64,000 bases of DNA from Harriotta raleighana (lineage: Eukaryota), in assembly GCA_050575255.1 (NCBI GenBank), contig JBNZDD010013719.1, positions 3,463,572-3,527,571 of the forward strand. The letters are read 5' to 3'. This document shows, piece after piece, positions 23,832-36,954 of the stretch. The notes below the pieces were generated by a model. That model had not been told where the DNA came from. It saw only the letters and a list, made by a program, of their open reading frames with translations, and searched no databases. The first letter of the stretch is position 1; each line of letters begins with the position of its first letter. A program made the position numbers and the translations under genes.

Positions 23832-25349
23832 GATCTGCAAGGGGAGGAAGAGAAATCAATAGGGACAGAAAGAGCGGCTTGTGCTTCTGAGCGCACAGAA
23901 AAATTGGCCACGCTGGTGAGTCACCAACACCACCCACCATCTCACTCCCCAATCTTTACCGAGAGCTTAGACAAATCAGCATAAACTCCCACAGACAAAG
24001 CTGAGGACAGAGCCTTCATTGTGTGTTCTCTGCATTAATGTGTCTGGTGACCTTACAGCCACAGAGAGGAGGAGGCAGACACCTAGACAGCTCCTGTCAT
24101 TTCTCTCTTACCTCATTGGATTCATTAACAGCTTGGTAACACACAAATAACCGAGGACACGTTGTAAACAAAGTTGAAGCTACAGCAATCCTTGAATCCA
24201 ATACTGTACCTAAAATCTGCCTCACTTGTTTGCACCTTCAGGTTAGAAGTTTGCCGGAAACTACCCAAGATTCTGAGCTCAGTCTTCACTAACCCTTCAG
24301 TGCACTGCTGGGAGGAGTGCTGCAATGTGAGAGCTATCAATGTTAAACCAAGGTCATGTTCCACTAAGGCTTTCCAGTCTGGTTCCTGATCCCGGCGGAT
24401 CCACTTTAGTCCAGAGCACTGATAATGCAGCCTGGTGCATCGGCAGGGTTTGGAGGAACAGACCAATCACTGGGGCCAGAAATTCTGTTCAGCTCCAGTT
24501 AATGAAAATAAAAGCTCTGATAGGGTGATCCATGTTGGACAAGCAACAGAAAGTTTGCCATACAGTTCTCTCAACGGTAAGCTATGTGGGTTTAGCTGTT
24601 TAGACTCTAGTTACCCCAATGCACACTCTGGGGTCCGCAAGCCTTAGTTCTCACCAGCCTGATAAAAAGGCTCTCTGGCTTTAGGTAAGTTGGGATATGT
24701 CTTTCTGGGAAAAAAGTTTGCAGGCCATTCTAGACCATTTATGGGTGGGATACTCACAGTAAGTAATTCTCAGTATGGTTTGGATACTATTATGGATGAG
24801 AATGGGCTGCCACATGTGCCAACAAAAAAATGACCTACAAAAAGATAGTTCCTACCTTTGGCAGTGATGACTGTGAAAAACCTTAGATGTGATGAAGTGT
24901 GTTTTCAACGTGAACTCTTCCGTGCTGTGGTGCAATGACTTTTATCATAGTATTTTATTACTCAATTGTGAATCAATGATAGATAACTGCACTCTTTGTT
25001 CATTTGACAAATGCTCCAACCCCACCAAAATTCCTCAGGGCTCATTCCAAAATCTTGCCCATGCACAAGGCTAAACACCACTCCTTGTGACAGTGACATA
25101 GCTTCCTGTTCAGTCACACACCGCTTATCTCCTGCAAACAGCTATCCCCTAACTCGAGCTGAACACAAGAATAGACAGTGATAATTATTTGATCTACTTA
25201 CGCTTTGACCAGGCTCGATTGGCCGAATAGCCTCTTTATGCGCTGGGGATTTCTAAGTTTCTATGTTTTTTATATCTGGACTGCAGTGATAGGGAAGTGC
25301 TGTTTTGTGGGAAGTGCCATCCTTTGAATGAGATATTAACCCAAGATTA

Positions 25350-26265
25350 ACGACTGCGCCTTCGGTCACCCTCCAACCTCTACACTACCTGCGCTCCATC
25401 CCTCCTGATTCCAACCCCTAGCTCAGGTGCAAATCCTTGACAGTCCACTGCCTTTGGATGACCACCCAACATGAAAGGCACTATACAAATGTAATTTGTT
25501 GTTGTGTATCGAACTCCATGGTTGCACACTCGATCATACTAAGCGAGTCAGGAACCTAGCCGACTTATTTGATCCTCAACTGTCTTTTCTCCCCCACATC
25601 CAATCAATGACTCACTCTGCCTTCCCTCAACTCCGCAATATTACCCAACGCCCCAGTATCTTACCCCCAAGGCAGTTGAAACCCTCATCCATGCCTTCAT
25701 CCCTGATTGACTATACAAATGCCCTGCTTGTCATCCTTCCCAATTTCTCCCTCCACAGTTAGCAGATAATCCATAACTCTGCAGCCCGTGACTTTTACCG
25801 CTCCAAGCTTTGTGACCCCATCTCCCCCATTCTCTCCCAACTCCACTGGTTCCCCATCATCCAGAGGACCCAATTCAAGATCTGGGTCATTACATTCATA
25901 GCCCTCCACGGCCACGCCCCACCCTACATCTGCTATCTTCTAACACCCTACCAACCTGACCACCTGGCCTGCTCCACGTCCCCTGACCAACCCATAATTG
26001 CAGACAAGCCTTCAGCCGCTCTTCCCCCAAGCTCTGGAACTCCATCCTGGAGTCCTTCCACCTCGCTCCCTGCTCTCCCTGGCCTCCTTCAAGTCCTGCT
26101 CAAGATTCTCCTCTTCAATGGGCCCATCGGTCACCCAAATCCCCCCCTTCCTTTCACCCTCCCCATCGTCAACCACAGCTCAGGTCTGAAACAATGTCTG
26201 TCCAGCACTTTGGGGCATCCTGCTCACATGAAAGGTGCTATACAAGTATAATTATATTGTTGTTG
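25350..26265 (+). mobile_element. L2 LINE 3' fragments
   Basis: VRNLADLFDPQLSFLPHIQS; tail aaaggtgctatacaagtataattatattgttgttg. Confidence 0.85.
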
Positions 26266-27283
26266 CTGTTTCTCTCTCTCTCTGCCTTAGTTTTTTTCTT
26301 CCTTTCTGTTTCTAATAATAATAATAATAATCCTTTGCATTCGATATAGCATTTTTCACATCTTCTAGACGTCTCAAAGCACTTCACAAATATACTGTAA
26401 AGTGAATTGACTGTATATATGTGGGTGAAACACAGTAGCCAATTGCACACAGCAGTGTCCCACAGTCATGGATTGAAATGACCAATTTATTATTGTTTTT
26501 CTTTCACACTCACTTTTTCTCTCTCTTAACCTTCTTGCTTGCCTTGGAACTACCTCCCGATGCAAGACAAGTGTAGTTTTGTTGTTGTTGTTTAAGATTC
26601 CTCCCTTCCTCCAGCCGCTATTGTTCCACAAGCTCACCAGTATTCTGAGGTAACTCTTTCTAGCTTGGCAACAAGAAGAAATGAAGGAAAAGGAAACAGT
26701 TCTTACCAGTTTTAGAGGTGTCCCAAAAGATTATTGTCTGTAGAGAGTGTTTCGGATCAAACTAGTCCCAACTCCTCATTTAAACACTTCCCAACTTCTT
26801 GCCTCTCAATACAGCACTGAGCTCTGTCCCTTCGTGTCTGATATCACTGATTTTGCAATGACCTTTGGAAGTAATAACTCATAAGTGATGTACACTCATC
26901 ACAAGCCAATCCACCTCCCAGCATTTTATTCACTTTCACTTTGCTGTAAAATTGTAAATTATTGTGTGTCAGCATGACTCAGTCAGTGATACTTTCATCT
27001 CTGAGTCAGAAGATTGTGGGTATAATCCGCAAATCGCAAATTGGAATTTATATAGTCTAAGCCAGGTTGGTCCAACTTTGGGCTGCAAAGGGCTGGAAGC
27101 TCCATTTGAGAAACATCCACAGGCCACATTAGCAATATTTTTGTGTCACCTCCTCTCACTCCCTGCCCTGATTGTTAGTGAAAATGTGTTAGTTGGAATG
27201 TAAGAGGAGTGCAATGGAGCTCAGCACACATGCCCACTACTCCACCAGGCAAGAATGACTGACTCAGGAAGTCAGTCATTCTT

Positions 27284-27441
27284 GCTTGGTGGAGTAGCAG
27301 GCATATGTGTAGACGTGATTCTCTTTCCACTAGACACCATTAAAACCAGACTACAGAGCTGTCAAGGTTTTTCCAAGACAGAGGGGTTGCGAAGCAATTT
27401 TGCTGGAGTTCCTTGTGCTGCCATAAGATCATTTCCTAGTG
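27284..27441 (+). pseudogene. SLC25A26: Isolated fragment of a mitochondrial S-adenosylmethionine carrier (SLC25A26-like)
   Basis: [51 protein letters not shown] carries the carrier signature PxDxxKxRxQ and resembles the SLC25A26 N-terminal repeat; no other part of the gene was seen. Confidence 0.75.
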
Positions 27442-27770
27442 ATGGGTAATGAGAGGCTGTTTAGCCCACAGTCTTTGGCTCTCAAAAACAACTGCCTGCA
27501 GGAAGGATAACTGAAAATCCTTTGTACTTACTGCACACAAGAATGCCTACATGATAAGAAGTCTGAGATTTCAGATTAGTGTTGGAGACAGGAGAATAGG
27601 AGTTGGTTCCCACTCGCATGCCATCTATTGGGGCCTTATACTTAAGAAAATCTGTGCCTCCCAAGTATTCCTGTGGCACCTGGAATTTACTGTGATCATG
27701 TGGAGATCAAATGGGGCACTTCATTTGCCTCCATCTGTACATGGAATGGTCTGGGCTCTAAATGGTCTGT

Positions 27771-28033
27771 GGAATCCTCTAGCTCAGTGGTTAGAGCACT
27801 TGCTTTCAAGCATGAGACCTGAGTTCGATTTCAGGCAGGGCAAAACCTTGGACAAGTTTCCTTACTCCACATGCCTGATAATAATCCCTCAAAGAAAACA
27901 ATAATAAATTTCAATCCATGACTGTTTATGGGACACTGATGTGCACAATTAGCTGCCACGTTTGCCCATATGTATACAGTCAATTCACTTCACAGTATAT
28001 TTTGTGAAGCACTTTGAAATGTCTAGAGGACGT
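27771..28033 (+). mobile_element. tRNA-derived SINE (same family)
   Basis: ggaatcctctagctcagtggttagagcac...gttcgattt, followed by the same core. Confidence 0.85.
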
Positions 28034-28525
28034 CCTTTTGAGACATATTTTTGTTTTAGACTTAAGAGACTCATTGTTCACCACTAGTATGTTAACATTA
28101 TGGCTCATCATATTTTCTCTCTGGAAGCTGCATTACTTCCAGGGTATTGATGGTGGCCAGAACTGTTCACAGGTGTGGCCTGATGAGAACACTCAACAAC
28201 TTAAGTATGTTTCCTCCAGCTCTCATCTAAGTCAGAGGTGTGTATTTTTTTCACTCTTAAATGTTACATACTTAAGTCATCTCCACACTATGTGTTTCTT
28301 GCTGAAATACAGCATTGAGACACCACAAGTTCTTTATATTGTCAATTCCGAAACCAGCTATTGACCAGACTGTGGACACTAAAGAAGTGAGGATTGTGAT
28401 CTGTTTGTTCAGTTGACTGTAACTGACACAGCGAAGAAGCCACTAGTTGGTCCCAGTGCACATTTCTCCTATATAAAGGAGGCTCCATTAGTACATCACT
28501 ATTACTCCAAGCTGATACTTTCGCA

Positions 28526-30436
28526 ATGGAGAGATATCACAGTTTCTCAGAAAAAGATTATAAATATGAGACTTCATTTTCCAAATAATGTACATTTACT
28601 ATCCCATGCAAGGGGTCATTGGAGTTCCAGGTAAGTAAGTGCCACAGTCACTGCTATGAGGGACAGTTGCATAACCTAATAGCTGTGATATCAGCACGTG
28701 TTACACGGGTATTTATTCAGCCAATCTTTTCAGTGAGAAATTGTACACATTTTACATAAATTGCTTTCTTCACAGCCTTGGGAAGTCCTCCTGGTGTGAA
28801 AGGTGTTACACAAGTATAATTTTGTTGCATTATTGAAATGATAACTTTCTGCAAAACTCAAAACAAGCAAATTGGGGATTATTCTTGCTCGGTTGTACAT
28901 GGGGAGTATAAGCAATGAAATATGTGTTATTTAATGCGTCTGCTCCCCCATTTTGGAGTCCTGAAGCTCAGTGGTTAGAGCACTCATCTTACAAGCATGA
29001 GACCTGTGTTCGAATCCAGGCAGGTCAGGGCAAAACCTTGGGCAAGTTTCCTTACTCCAAACATCTAATAATAATTCCTCCAAAGAAAAACAATAACAGT
29101 TTGATCACTCAATCCACTACTATTTGTGGGCCACTGCTGTATGCAATTGGCTGCTGCAATTCACCCACTCAATTCACTTTATAATATACAGTATTCTGTG
29201 AAGCGCTTTGAGACATCTAGATACACGAAAAGCACTATATCAAATGAAAGGATTATTATTATTTTATATCATCAATGTATTTATTCATGTCGTTAAAATG
29301 TGACAGCTGGTCTGTAGAAAAATCTGATCTCCCACTTATTGGAAGCTAATCACTGATATAATGAATCATCAAAGAGAGTTAGGATTATTAATGTTAAAGT
29401 TTGAATTTCCAAAACATAGAATAAGTTGAATATATTTCCTCAGCTTGATCGACATTTTAGAATTACTGCACATTTCAGATGAACAAATCTTTTAAGAAAA
29501 GTTTGAAACTAGACAGCAGTGTATTAAAGGTTTCCCAGTGTGCTCTTGTCTCAGAGATGCAAGGAATTAATGTGCAACACCTCTTGTTGTGGAAGGAATC
29601 TAATCAAAATATTTAGAGTTTAGAAAAACAATGGTTTGGGGTAAAATTAGATACTGTATAGTGATGCTGTGAACTTGTTGCATATCATCAATCTCTGTTT
29701 CTCTCCTGTGATTTTGGAGTTGATACACTCTGATATCAATGATGGTGGACAATCTTTATTTGAGCGCAATCAAAGTTACATTGATGATTTCCACCCTATC
29801 ACAATTTGTTCTTTTCCACAGGAGAGAATGTGCAAGCCATTGCAGTCCAAGGGAATTTTAATGTCAACAAGAAAGAGAGACAGAGAGAGAGAGACACAAA
29901 CACGCACAGACTGAGACCTATTTAGTCCAGAGTCAGCTCGAGACTGTTATACCAGTGTCTATTTCTTGTTTCCGGTTAACTTGGTGGCGATCGTGATCCT
30001 GAGCCAGGGAAAGTGTGGTCTCTCCAGATGTATCTCTCACTACCTGGTAGCCATGGCAGCCAGTGACGTACTAGTCATTCTATTTGATCCCATTCTGACT
30101 CACATGAATTTCCTGTATTTTCCCAGTTGATTCCTGGACATTACCCCTGTGTGTGCACAGGTAACCTCCCTGCCGGTGGTAGCAACCTATACCTCTGCCT
30201 GGTTAACAGTGGTGGTTTTTACATTTGATTGCTATGAAGCCATCAGTTATCAAGGACTGAAGACAAGGTATTGCACTGAGAAGACATCATTGGTGGTTAT
30301 ATCAATAGTTTTTGAGGATCAGCTGTGTGAAAAACATTACCTAGTTCTTCCCTATGAAACTTGGTTTGTAATCAACAATGTGCCATGGTTTTGCAAAACA
30401 AAAGGAATCTTTTTTACATCATCATGGTGGAAGGCA
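28526..30436 (+). pseudogene. GPR139/GPR142-like rhodopsin-family GPCR pseudogene, copy 1 (exon 28526-28630; exon 29976-30436, truncated by L2)
   Basis: YYPMQGVIGVP|VNLVAIVILSQGKCGLSRCISHYLVAMAASDVLV...SAWLTVVVFTFDCYEAI; 2-nt frameshift in exon 1, acceptor AG changed to GG, TGA at about 30128. Confidence 0.85.
28955..29263 (+). mobile_element. tRNA-derived SINE with L2-like tail, full length
   Basis: A box (agctcagtgg), B box (gttcgaatcc), conserved core tgtgggccactgctgt...attggctgc, tail gaagcgctttgag...ggattattatt. Confidence 0.88.
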
Positions 30437-30439
30437 ACG

Positions 30440-32125
30440 GTGGGCAGAGGATATCTCCTGACACAGGCAATCACGGCATCCTCGTCCACCACCCTCCTCA
30501 TCCATTTTAATGGGATCTGTGTGATCCGTATGTGATATCCCAAGACTCCATCCTTGCCCCTTTGTTTTCATCAGTTCCCTCTTCACTGTGTCATCCGCAG
30601 ATTTGGGGTCAACTTTCACATGTATGCGGATGACATCTAAATCTATTTCTGTTTCTCAGCCAGCTGCATCTCCCAGTCTACTGATGTCTTGTCTGCTTGT
30701 TTGATGGACATCAAGTCCTGCATAGGTACAAATTTCCTGCAGCTGAACGTTGGCAAGATAGAAGCCATACACTTTGGCTCCCATTACCATTTTCTTTTAT
30801 GTGGGTCCAAACTCTTCAGCCTCCCTGGCTCTCCCTCAGACTCACCCAACCATACGAAATCTAGATGTCAGATTCAATCCACAGCTTTACTTTCTCCCTC
30901 ACATTTGTTCCCTTACCCAGACCACTATTTTCCACCATTGCCATGTTGCTCACCTCTATTCATACTTCACTCCCATAGCAGCCAAAAAATCATCCATGCC
31001 TTTATCACTATCCTAGCTGGATTTTTCAAATCAGAATAGAGAAATAAGGCACAAAGAAACAAAAAGCCTTGGAATAAAGAGAAAACCAGAAATAACATAG
31101 ACCAAACAAGGGAGGAAACCAAAGCAAACTTAGGGATTTTGGGGCTGCATGTGCCTAAATGAATGCAGCTTGATCAATAAGGTTGGTGAGCTGCAGGCAA
31201 CAGGAATGGATGCTGAACATTCCAGACTACAATGTATTCAGGAGGGATAGGGAAAGAAATAAAGGTTGTTGCAAGAATATGGCTCTCACCCAAACTGCCC
31301 TATCCATGGCCAAGCTTTCAGCCACTCTGCCCCCACACTCTGGGACTCCATCCCACAATCCCTTTGCCTTGCAACCTCCCTTGATTCCTTCAAGGCCGGT
31401 CTCAAAACCCTGATTTTCGATCATGCCTTCAGCCGCCATTCTACTTCTCTGCCCTCCCTCATCCCATTCCTGCCCCCTCAAACCCGGCTGCTCAAGTCAG
31501 GTGGCAGAAAACCGGTCTGATAGTTCACCACCAACTGGCTCGAGCATCTCCAGTTACCGCCATTCTTTGTCATGCCGAAAATGGCTTACTACTCGAACAT
31601 CATCCTGGAGGCTAAATACAATCCAAAAGTTATTTTTTCCACCACCCACGACCTCCTCCGTGTGTCCCCTCGGGCCTTCCCAATATTCACTTCAAATGCA
31701 AAGTGCGTGGTGGTCATGGACTTCTCTCCTCCAAAATCCACAATATTCACCAGGCAGCTTCATTCTCCTGTCTCTTGTCGCCCACCACCACCACCCCCAT
31801 TCCATCCCCCTCTCACTCTTTGTCATCAGCTCCTAACATGACCTCCTTCCTACATTCCTTCACCCCCATCTCTCCTTCCTCCCTCTCTGGCACCATCACC
31901 TCAATGAGCCCCACCACCTGCTGCCTTGATCCCCTTCCCACTAATTTACTGGTCACCCAGTTCCCCATTCTCTGCCCACTATTGACTGACATCATCAACC
32001 AGTCCCTCTCCACAGGATCAGTCCCTGCCCCCATCAAAACTGCTGCCATCACCTCTCTCTTCAAAAACCTTCCCCAGATCCCTCAAACCTAGCCACTAAT
32101 GCCCTATTTGAAACCTGCCATTCCT
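30440..32125 (+). mobile_element. Cluster of L2 LINE fragments with a small CR1 endonuclease piece near 31190-31265
   Basis: FHMYADD, CLMDIKSCIGTNFLQLNVGKIEAI, PTTCCLDPLPTNLL...IINQSLSTGSVP; MLNIPDYNVFRRDR. Confidence 0.8.
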
Positions 32126-32699
32126 TAAACAACAACAAACAGCAAAATCAATAACAATAAACAAAAAAAGTAACAACAGCAGCAGCAAAAGCAACAACAA
32201 CAATTAACAATAATCCAACAACTGCTCCCTGTCCTCGCCACGTGCCTGGACTATCTTCAAAAAGGCGGGAACCAGCCCCAGTGTGTGACAGACCCCAAAA
32301 CCAATTGGCTCCTCAGCTGGTGCACCAGGTGATTCGGTGATGGCAGTTTACCCAGCAGCAGCAGCCCGACCACAATCTGGATCTCCCACGATGAGATGGT
32401 CTCTTGCAACAAGATGGTCCACCGCCTGCAGCACCAAACCAGGTAAAAGACCTTGCAGACGTACCCCTCGAAGATGTCACTGATGGGCGAGCTCACCACG
32501 TCCATGGTCGCCAAAGATGAAATGCCCATGCTCATGTGGATCTGCCCCACCATCTCACAGATACACAGGGTGTAGCTCTACATCCTGTACTTGCGTCCTT
32601 GGTAGCGGTAACAGTTCCGGATGTGTTAACCATTTCAGTAGCAGCGGCGGCAGCAGTGCCTAACCTTTCTCTACTGCCGCCACCATTTATGAAGAACCA

Positions 32700-33470
32700 T
32701 CTTGAATCACACGACTCTCACCTCCACCAACCTGCCCCTAAAACTCTCCGAACCCGTACTCAACTTAGGCATCAGGTTCGACCCCCAACTGTCCTTCTTC
32801 CCTCACATATGGTCCCTCACCAGCACTGCTTTTTTCCACCTCCGACAGATCACCCGTCTCCGGCAATATCTCACCCCAAAAGCCACTGAAACGCTGGTCC
32901 ACGCCTTTGTCACCTCTCGGCTGGACTATTCCAAGGCCCTCCTCACTGGTCACCCCTCCACCACAATCCATAAAATCCAACTCATACAAAACTCTGCCAC
33001 CCGCATTTGCACCCTCAACAAACTTCGCTCCCCCATTACCCCAGTGCTTGCCAGACTTCACTGGCTCCCTGTCCAAGAGAGGATTGATTTCAAGATTCTC
33101 ACCCTTGTTTTCAAATCCCTCCATTCCTCTGCATCCCTAACTCTCTGACCTCCTCTCTCCTCAAATCAGCACCCGTTGCCTTTGCTCTACCAGGTCTGGC
33201 CTCCTCCTTGTCCCCCAAATCCTCTGCTCCACCATCAGCAGCCGTGCCTTCAGTCACTATGCCCTGAGGCTTTGGAACTCACTCCCTTCACCTCACCCCC
33301 TCTCTTCCCAGTTTCAGGGCTCAGCTAAAGACCTTTCTCTTTGACTGCGCCTTCATTCACCTTTCTGCCCCGCTGCTGCCCCTGGCTCGCCCCTGGGTTC
33401 CATTATTGTTAAGTGCTCTGAGATGCCGTTTAGCATGGAGGGCGCTATCTAAATCAAAGTTGTTGTTGTA
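32700..33470 (+). mobile_element. L2 LINE 3' fragment
   Basis: NLGIRFDPQLSF...ETLVHAFVTSRLDYS...LHWLPVQERIDFKIL; stem-loop tail plus (ttg)n. Confidence 0.92.
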
Positions 33471-34540
33471 AACCCCAGAGTGGAACCATCTTTTGCTGCA
33501 GGCCAGGGCAACCACAAAAACTGACAGTTCGGCATACTGAGCCGTCTGTCAGGAAGGCAAGCATGTCTTTAATAAACCATGTTCTTAGTAACGAACCATT
33601 GGCTCCTGCCGCTGCAGATAGTGACTCAAGCTTTGGGAGAGATAGGAGGGAGTGAGAGGCAGAGAGAGAGGGGGGAGAGAGATAGGGGGTGGGAATGAAG
33701 AGGAGGTTGGAGGGAGTTCAGGAGAGGAGGGAGAGAAAGTAGAAGTAGGGATAAAGAGGGGGAAAGAGAAGGGGGAGAGTCAGAGAAAAGTCAGAGAAAA
33801 AGTGAGAGTCAAGGGGAAAGTGAAGGGGGAGGGGGAAAGGATTCTCATTCCTCCGTCTCAGGCAATCTCTCTCAATTATTCTCCCTCACTCCCCTTCACA
33901 CACTCTTCTCTTTCACTCTCCCCCTTCCCTCTTTCAATTCTCTCTCCCGCCCCCACTCATTATCCCGTCTCAAACTCTTTCAATCACCATCTCTCAATCA
34001 CCCTCTCTATTTATTTCTCTCTCCCTCACATTCATTCCTTCCCAAACTATCTCACAATCTTTCTCACAATCTTTCTCACTGTCTTTCTCATTCTCTGCTC
34101 TACCTCTGAAACTCTCTCCTAATATCCTTCCGCTCTCCCTCTCTCAAATGATATTTTCTACTTCCACTATCCTCTTAGGGAGCATGTTCTATAAGTTTAC
34201 TATTCGCTCACTGAAGCAGTGTTTCCACAGAGGTGTTTCACATTGACCCCTTCCCCCCACTCCAACCCCTTCAAATCGCAGGCCATTCCTCTGTTTCTAC
34301 TGTTCAGTACACGGTAAAACAACTCATCATGATCCACATGATCTATTTCCTTCAAGACTGTAACAATGTTCCCCCTCAACATTCTCTTATCTGGCAGTTC
34401 CTACTTACTGGTAGGTAAACAGAAGCTTGTGGTGTAAGCAACTTGCCCAACATTTTGCCCTGCCGGGAATAGAACCCAAGTCTCTTGCTTCTGAGACGAG
34501 TATTCTAACCACTGAACTATAGGACTCCATTAAATAATAG

Positions 34541-35605
34541 AGAGTTGTGGTGAGCGGCTGTTTTTGAGACTGGAGGGAAATGTGCAGTGGCATCCCCCAG
34601 GGATCGGTTCTGGGACCACTGCTCTTTGAAATATATATTAATGATCTAGACTTGGGTGTAGAGAGCACAGTTTCTAAGTTTGCAGATTATACTAAGTTCA
34701 GGAGAATAGTAAATAGTGAGGAGGATAGTAACCATCTGCAAGAAGATATAGATAAAATGGTAAAGTGGGCAGACACATGGCAGATGAAATTTAATGCAGA
34801 GAAGTGTGAAGTAATACATTTTGGGAGAAGAAATGAGGGGAGGCTATATAGGCTAGATAGTACAATTTTTAGGGGTGTGAGGGAACAGAGAGACCTGGGG
34901 ATTTGTGTTAATGACTCTTTGAAGGTGGCAGGACAGGTAGACAAAGCCGTTAAGAAGGCATATAGGATACTAGGCTTTATAAATAAGGGTATAGAGTACA
35001 AAAGTCAGGAAGTGCTGACTAACCTCTATAAAACTTTGGTTAGACCTCAGCTGGAGTACTGTGTCCAATTCTGGTCACCACACTATCGAAAGGATGTTAA
35101 GGTATTGGAAAAGGTGCAAAGAAGGTTACTAGAATGGTATCAGGATTGAGGGACTTCAGTTATGGGGAAAAGCTAGATAGGCCAGGTTTATTCTCTTTGG
35201 AACAGAGAAGGTTGAGAGGAGACCTTATAGAGGTTTATAAAATCATGAGGGGATTCGACGGGGTGAATAAGGAAAAACTGTTTCCACTAGTGGGCGAATC
35301 TGTGACTCATGGTCACAGATTTAAAGTAGTTTCAAATCGAAGTAGAGGGGAGCTAAGGAGATATGTTTTCCCTCAGCGGATTATACGAATCTGGAATGCA
35401 TTGCCTGAAAGGATGGTGGAGGCCAATTCGATAACAGCTTTTAAAAGAAACTTAGATCTTTATTTAGGGAGAACGGGTCAGTTAGGTTATGGGGAGAAAG
35501 CTGGGCAGTGGGATTGATTTGCTCTTTTCAAAGAGCCAGCACAGACTAAATGGGCTAAATGGCCTCCTTTTGTGCTGTAAATTCCTATGATTCTACGAAT
35601 CTATG
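34541..35605 (+). mobile_element. CR1 LINE, 5'-truncated (RT C-terminus plus 3' tail), flanked by ATAATAG target-site duplication
   Basis: SGIPQGSVLGPLLFEIYINDLD...SKFADYTK...WQMKFNAEKC...LYKTLVRPQLEYCVQFWSP; attctatg-type tail. Confidence 0.93.
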
Positions 35606-35612
35606 ATAATAG

Positions 35613-36135
35613 TCCCTTCCTGAATTTTTATCCCTATGTGAAGCACTTTACATTTCTTTACAATGAATTTCATCTGCCATTGTTCTGCCCAATTCCTAAG
35701 TGTATTTATGTCCTCCTGTAACCTATCCTGTTCATCTTTGTTGTCTGCCACCTTCATTAGTTTTGTGTCACGTGCAAATTTAGCAATTGTCCTTGTGACT
35801 CCTAGTTCCAGATCATTTATGGCGATGATAAATAAAAGCAGTCCCAAAAAAGACCCCTGTGGAACTCCACTGGTAATATTCTTGAAGCCTGTCATTTTAT
35901 CAACCAATTAGATATCCATTGTAAGATATTTCCTCTGATTTCTGCTTTCTTTATTTTCAGTACCAGCCTTTCATGAGGAACTGTATCAAAGGCCTTAATC
36001 ACATTCAGATATACAGCATCTACTACTTTGTCCATACCAAGCTCATGTCTAACACAATAAACAAACCAGTGAATTTGTTTGGAAGGATCTTCTATTCATG
36101 AATCCATTTTGGCTATCATTATCATTTTACTGTCT
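35613..36135 (-). mobile_element. Older CR1 LINE RT fragment
   Basis: SGVPQGSFLGLLLFIIAINDLE...WQMKFIVKKC. Confidence 0.85.
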
Positions 36136-36954
36136 AGTGTCCGGCTCTCAGATTCGCCTTTTTAAATCAGATGTGTGTATTTTACTGTGTATTCTACTGT
36201 AAATGTAACACCCTAGAGTCATCTCCACACTGTGTGTTTCTTGCTGAAATACCTTGAATTATATTGAGATATCACAATTTTTTTTTTACAATGTCAATTC
36301 TGCACCCAGTTATTGACCATACTATGGTTGGTGTCAGAGAGGAGTTGGTTAAATTGTCTTTAATCAAAGTCTTCCTAACTTTATGTTCAAAAAAGGGTGA
36401 GGGACAGCCCACCAGGTAACTTCCCAACCAGTCAGCTTAACATCCATGGAAGAGATATTTCTACAGACCATTATCCAGGACAGCGAACACAGTTTTGTTA
36501 AGGTGTCTAACTAACTTGATTGTGTTCTTCGATGAATTAACTGACAAGTTTGATGAAGGTTGTACATCTTCATCCAAACATGATGTGTTCATGGACTTTC
36601 AAAATATGTTTGATAAAGTACCACATGGCCTACTCCTGAGATGAATCTTATAGTTTAATTCCAAGAAATATTATTTTATTGTATTTTTGTGCAGCAATCT
36701 CCACATTATTATTGAAATCTCTTGAAATTTTATTTAATCGACATTTTTATAGAAATTACATATATGTTATTTTTCCTTTACAGAAATTCCATGAAAGACA
36801 GTAAAGTTTAAGTATATTTCCTCCTGTTTACGATGACAATCCCACACGCATTTATTGACCAGACTTGTTTAAGTCAAAGAGGTGACAACCATAATCTGTT
36901 TGTTCAGCTGACTGTAACTAACACAAATGAAGAAGCTCAATGGATATTTCTCTC

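Noticed and set aside
28955-29030. tRNA-like sequences with A and B boxes
   Set aside because: Each continues into a shared SINE body and tail and the copies are mutated, so they are SINE heads rather than tRNA genes.
34580-35517. Reverse-transcriptase ORFs as a possible novel RT system
   Set aside because: An ordinary 5'-truncated, frameshifted CR1 LINE with an altered catalytic motif (FADY).
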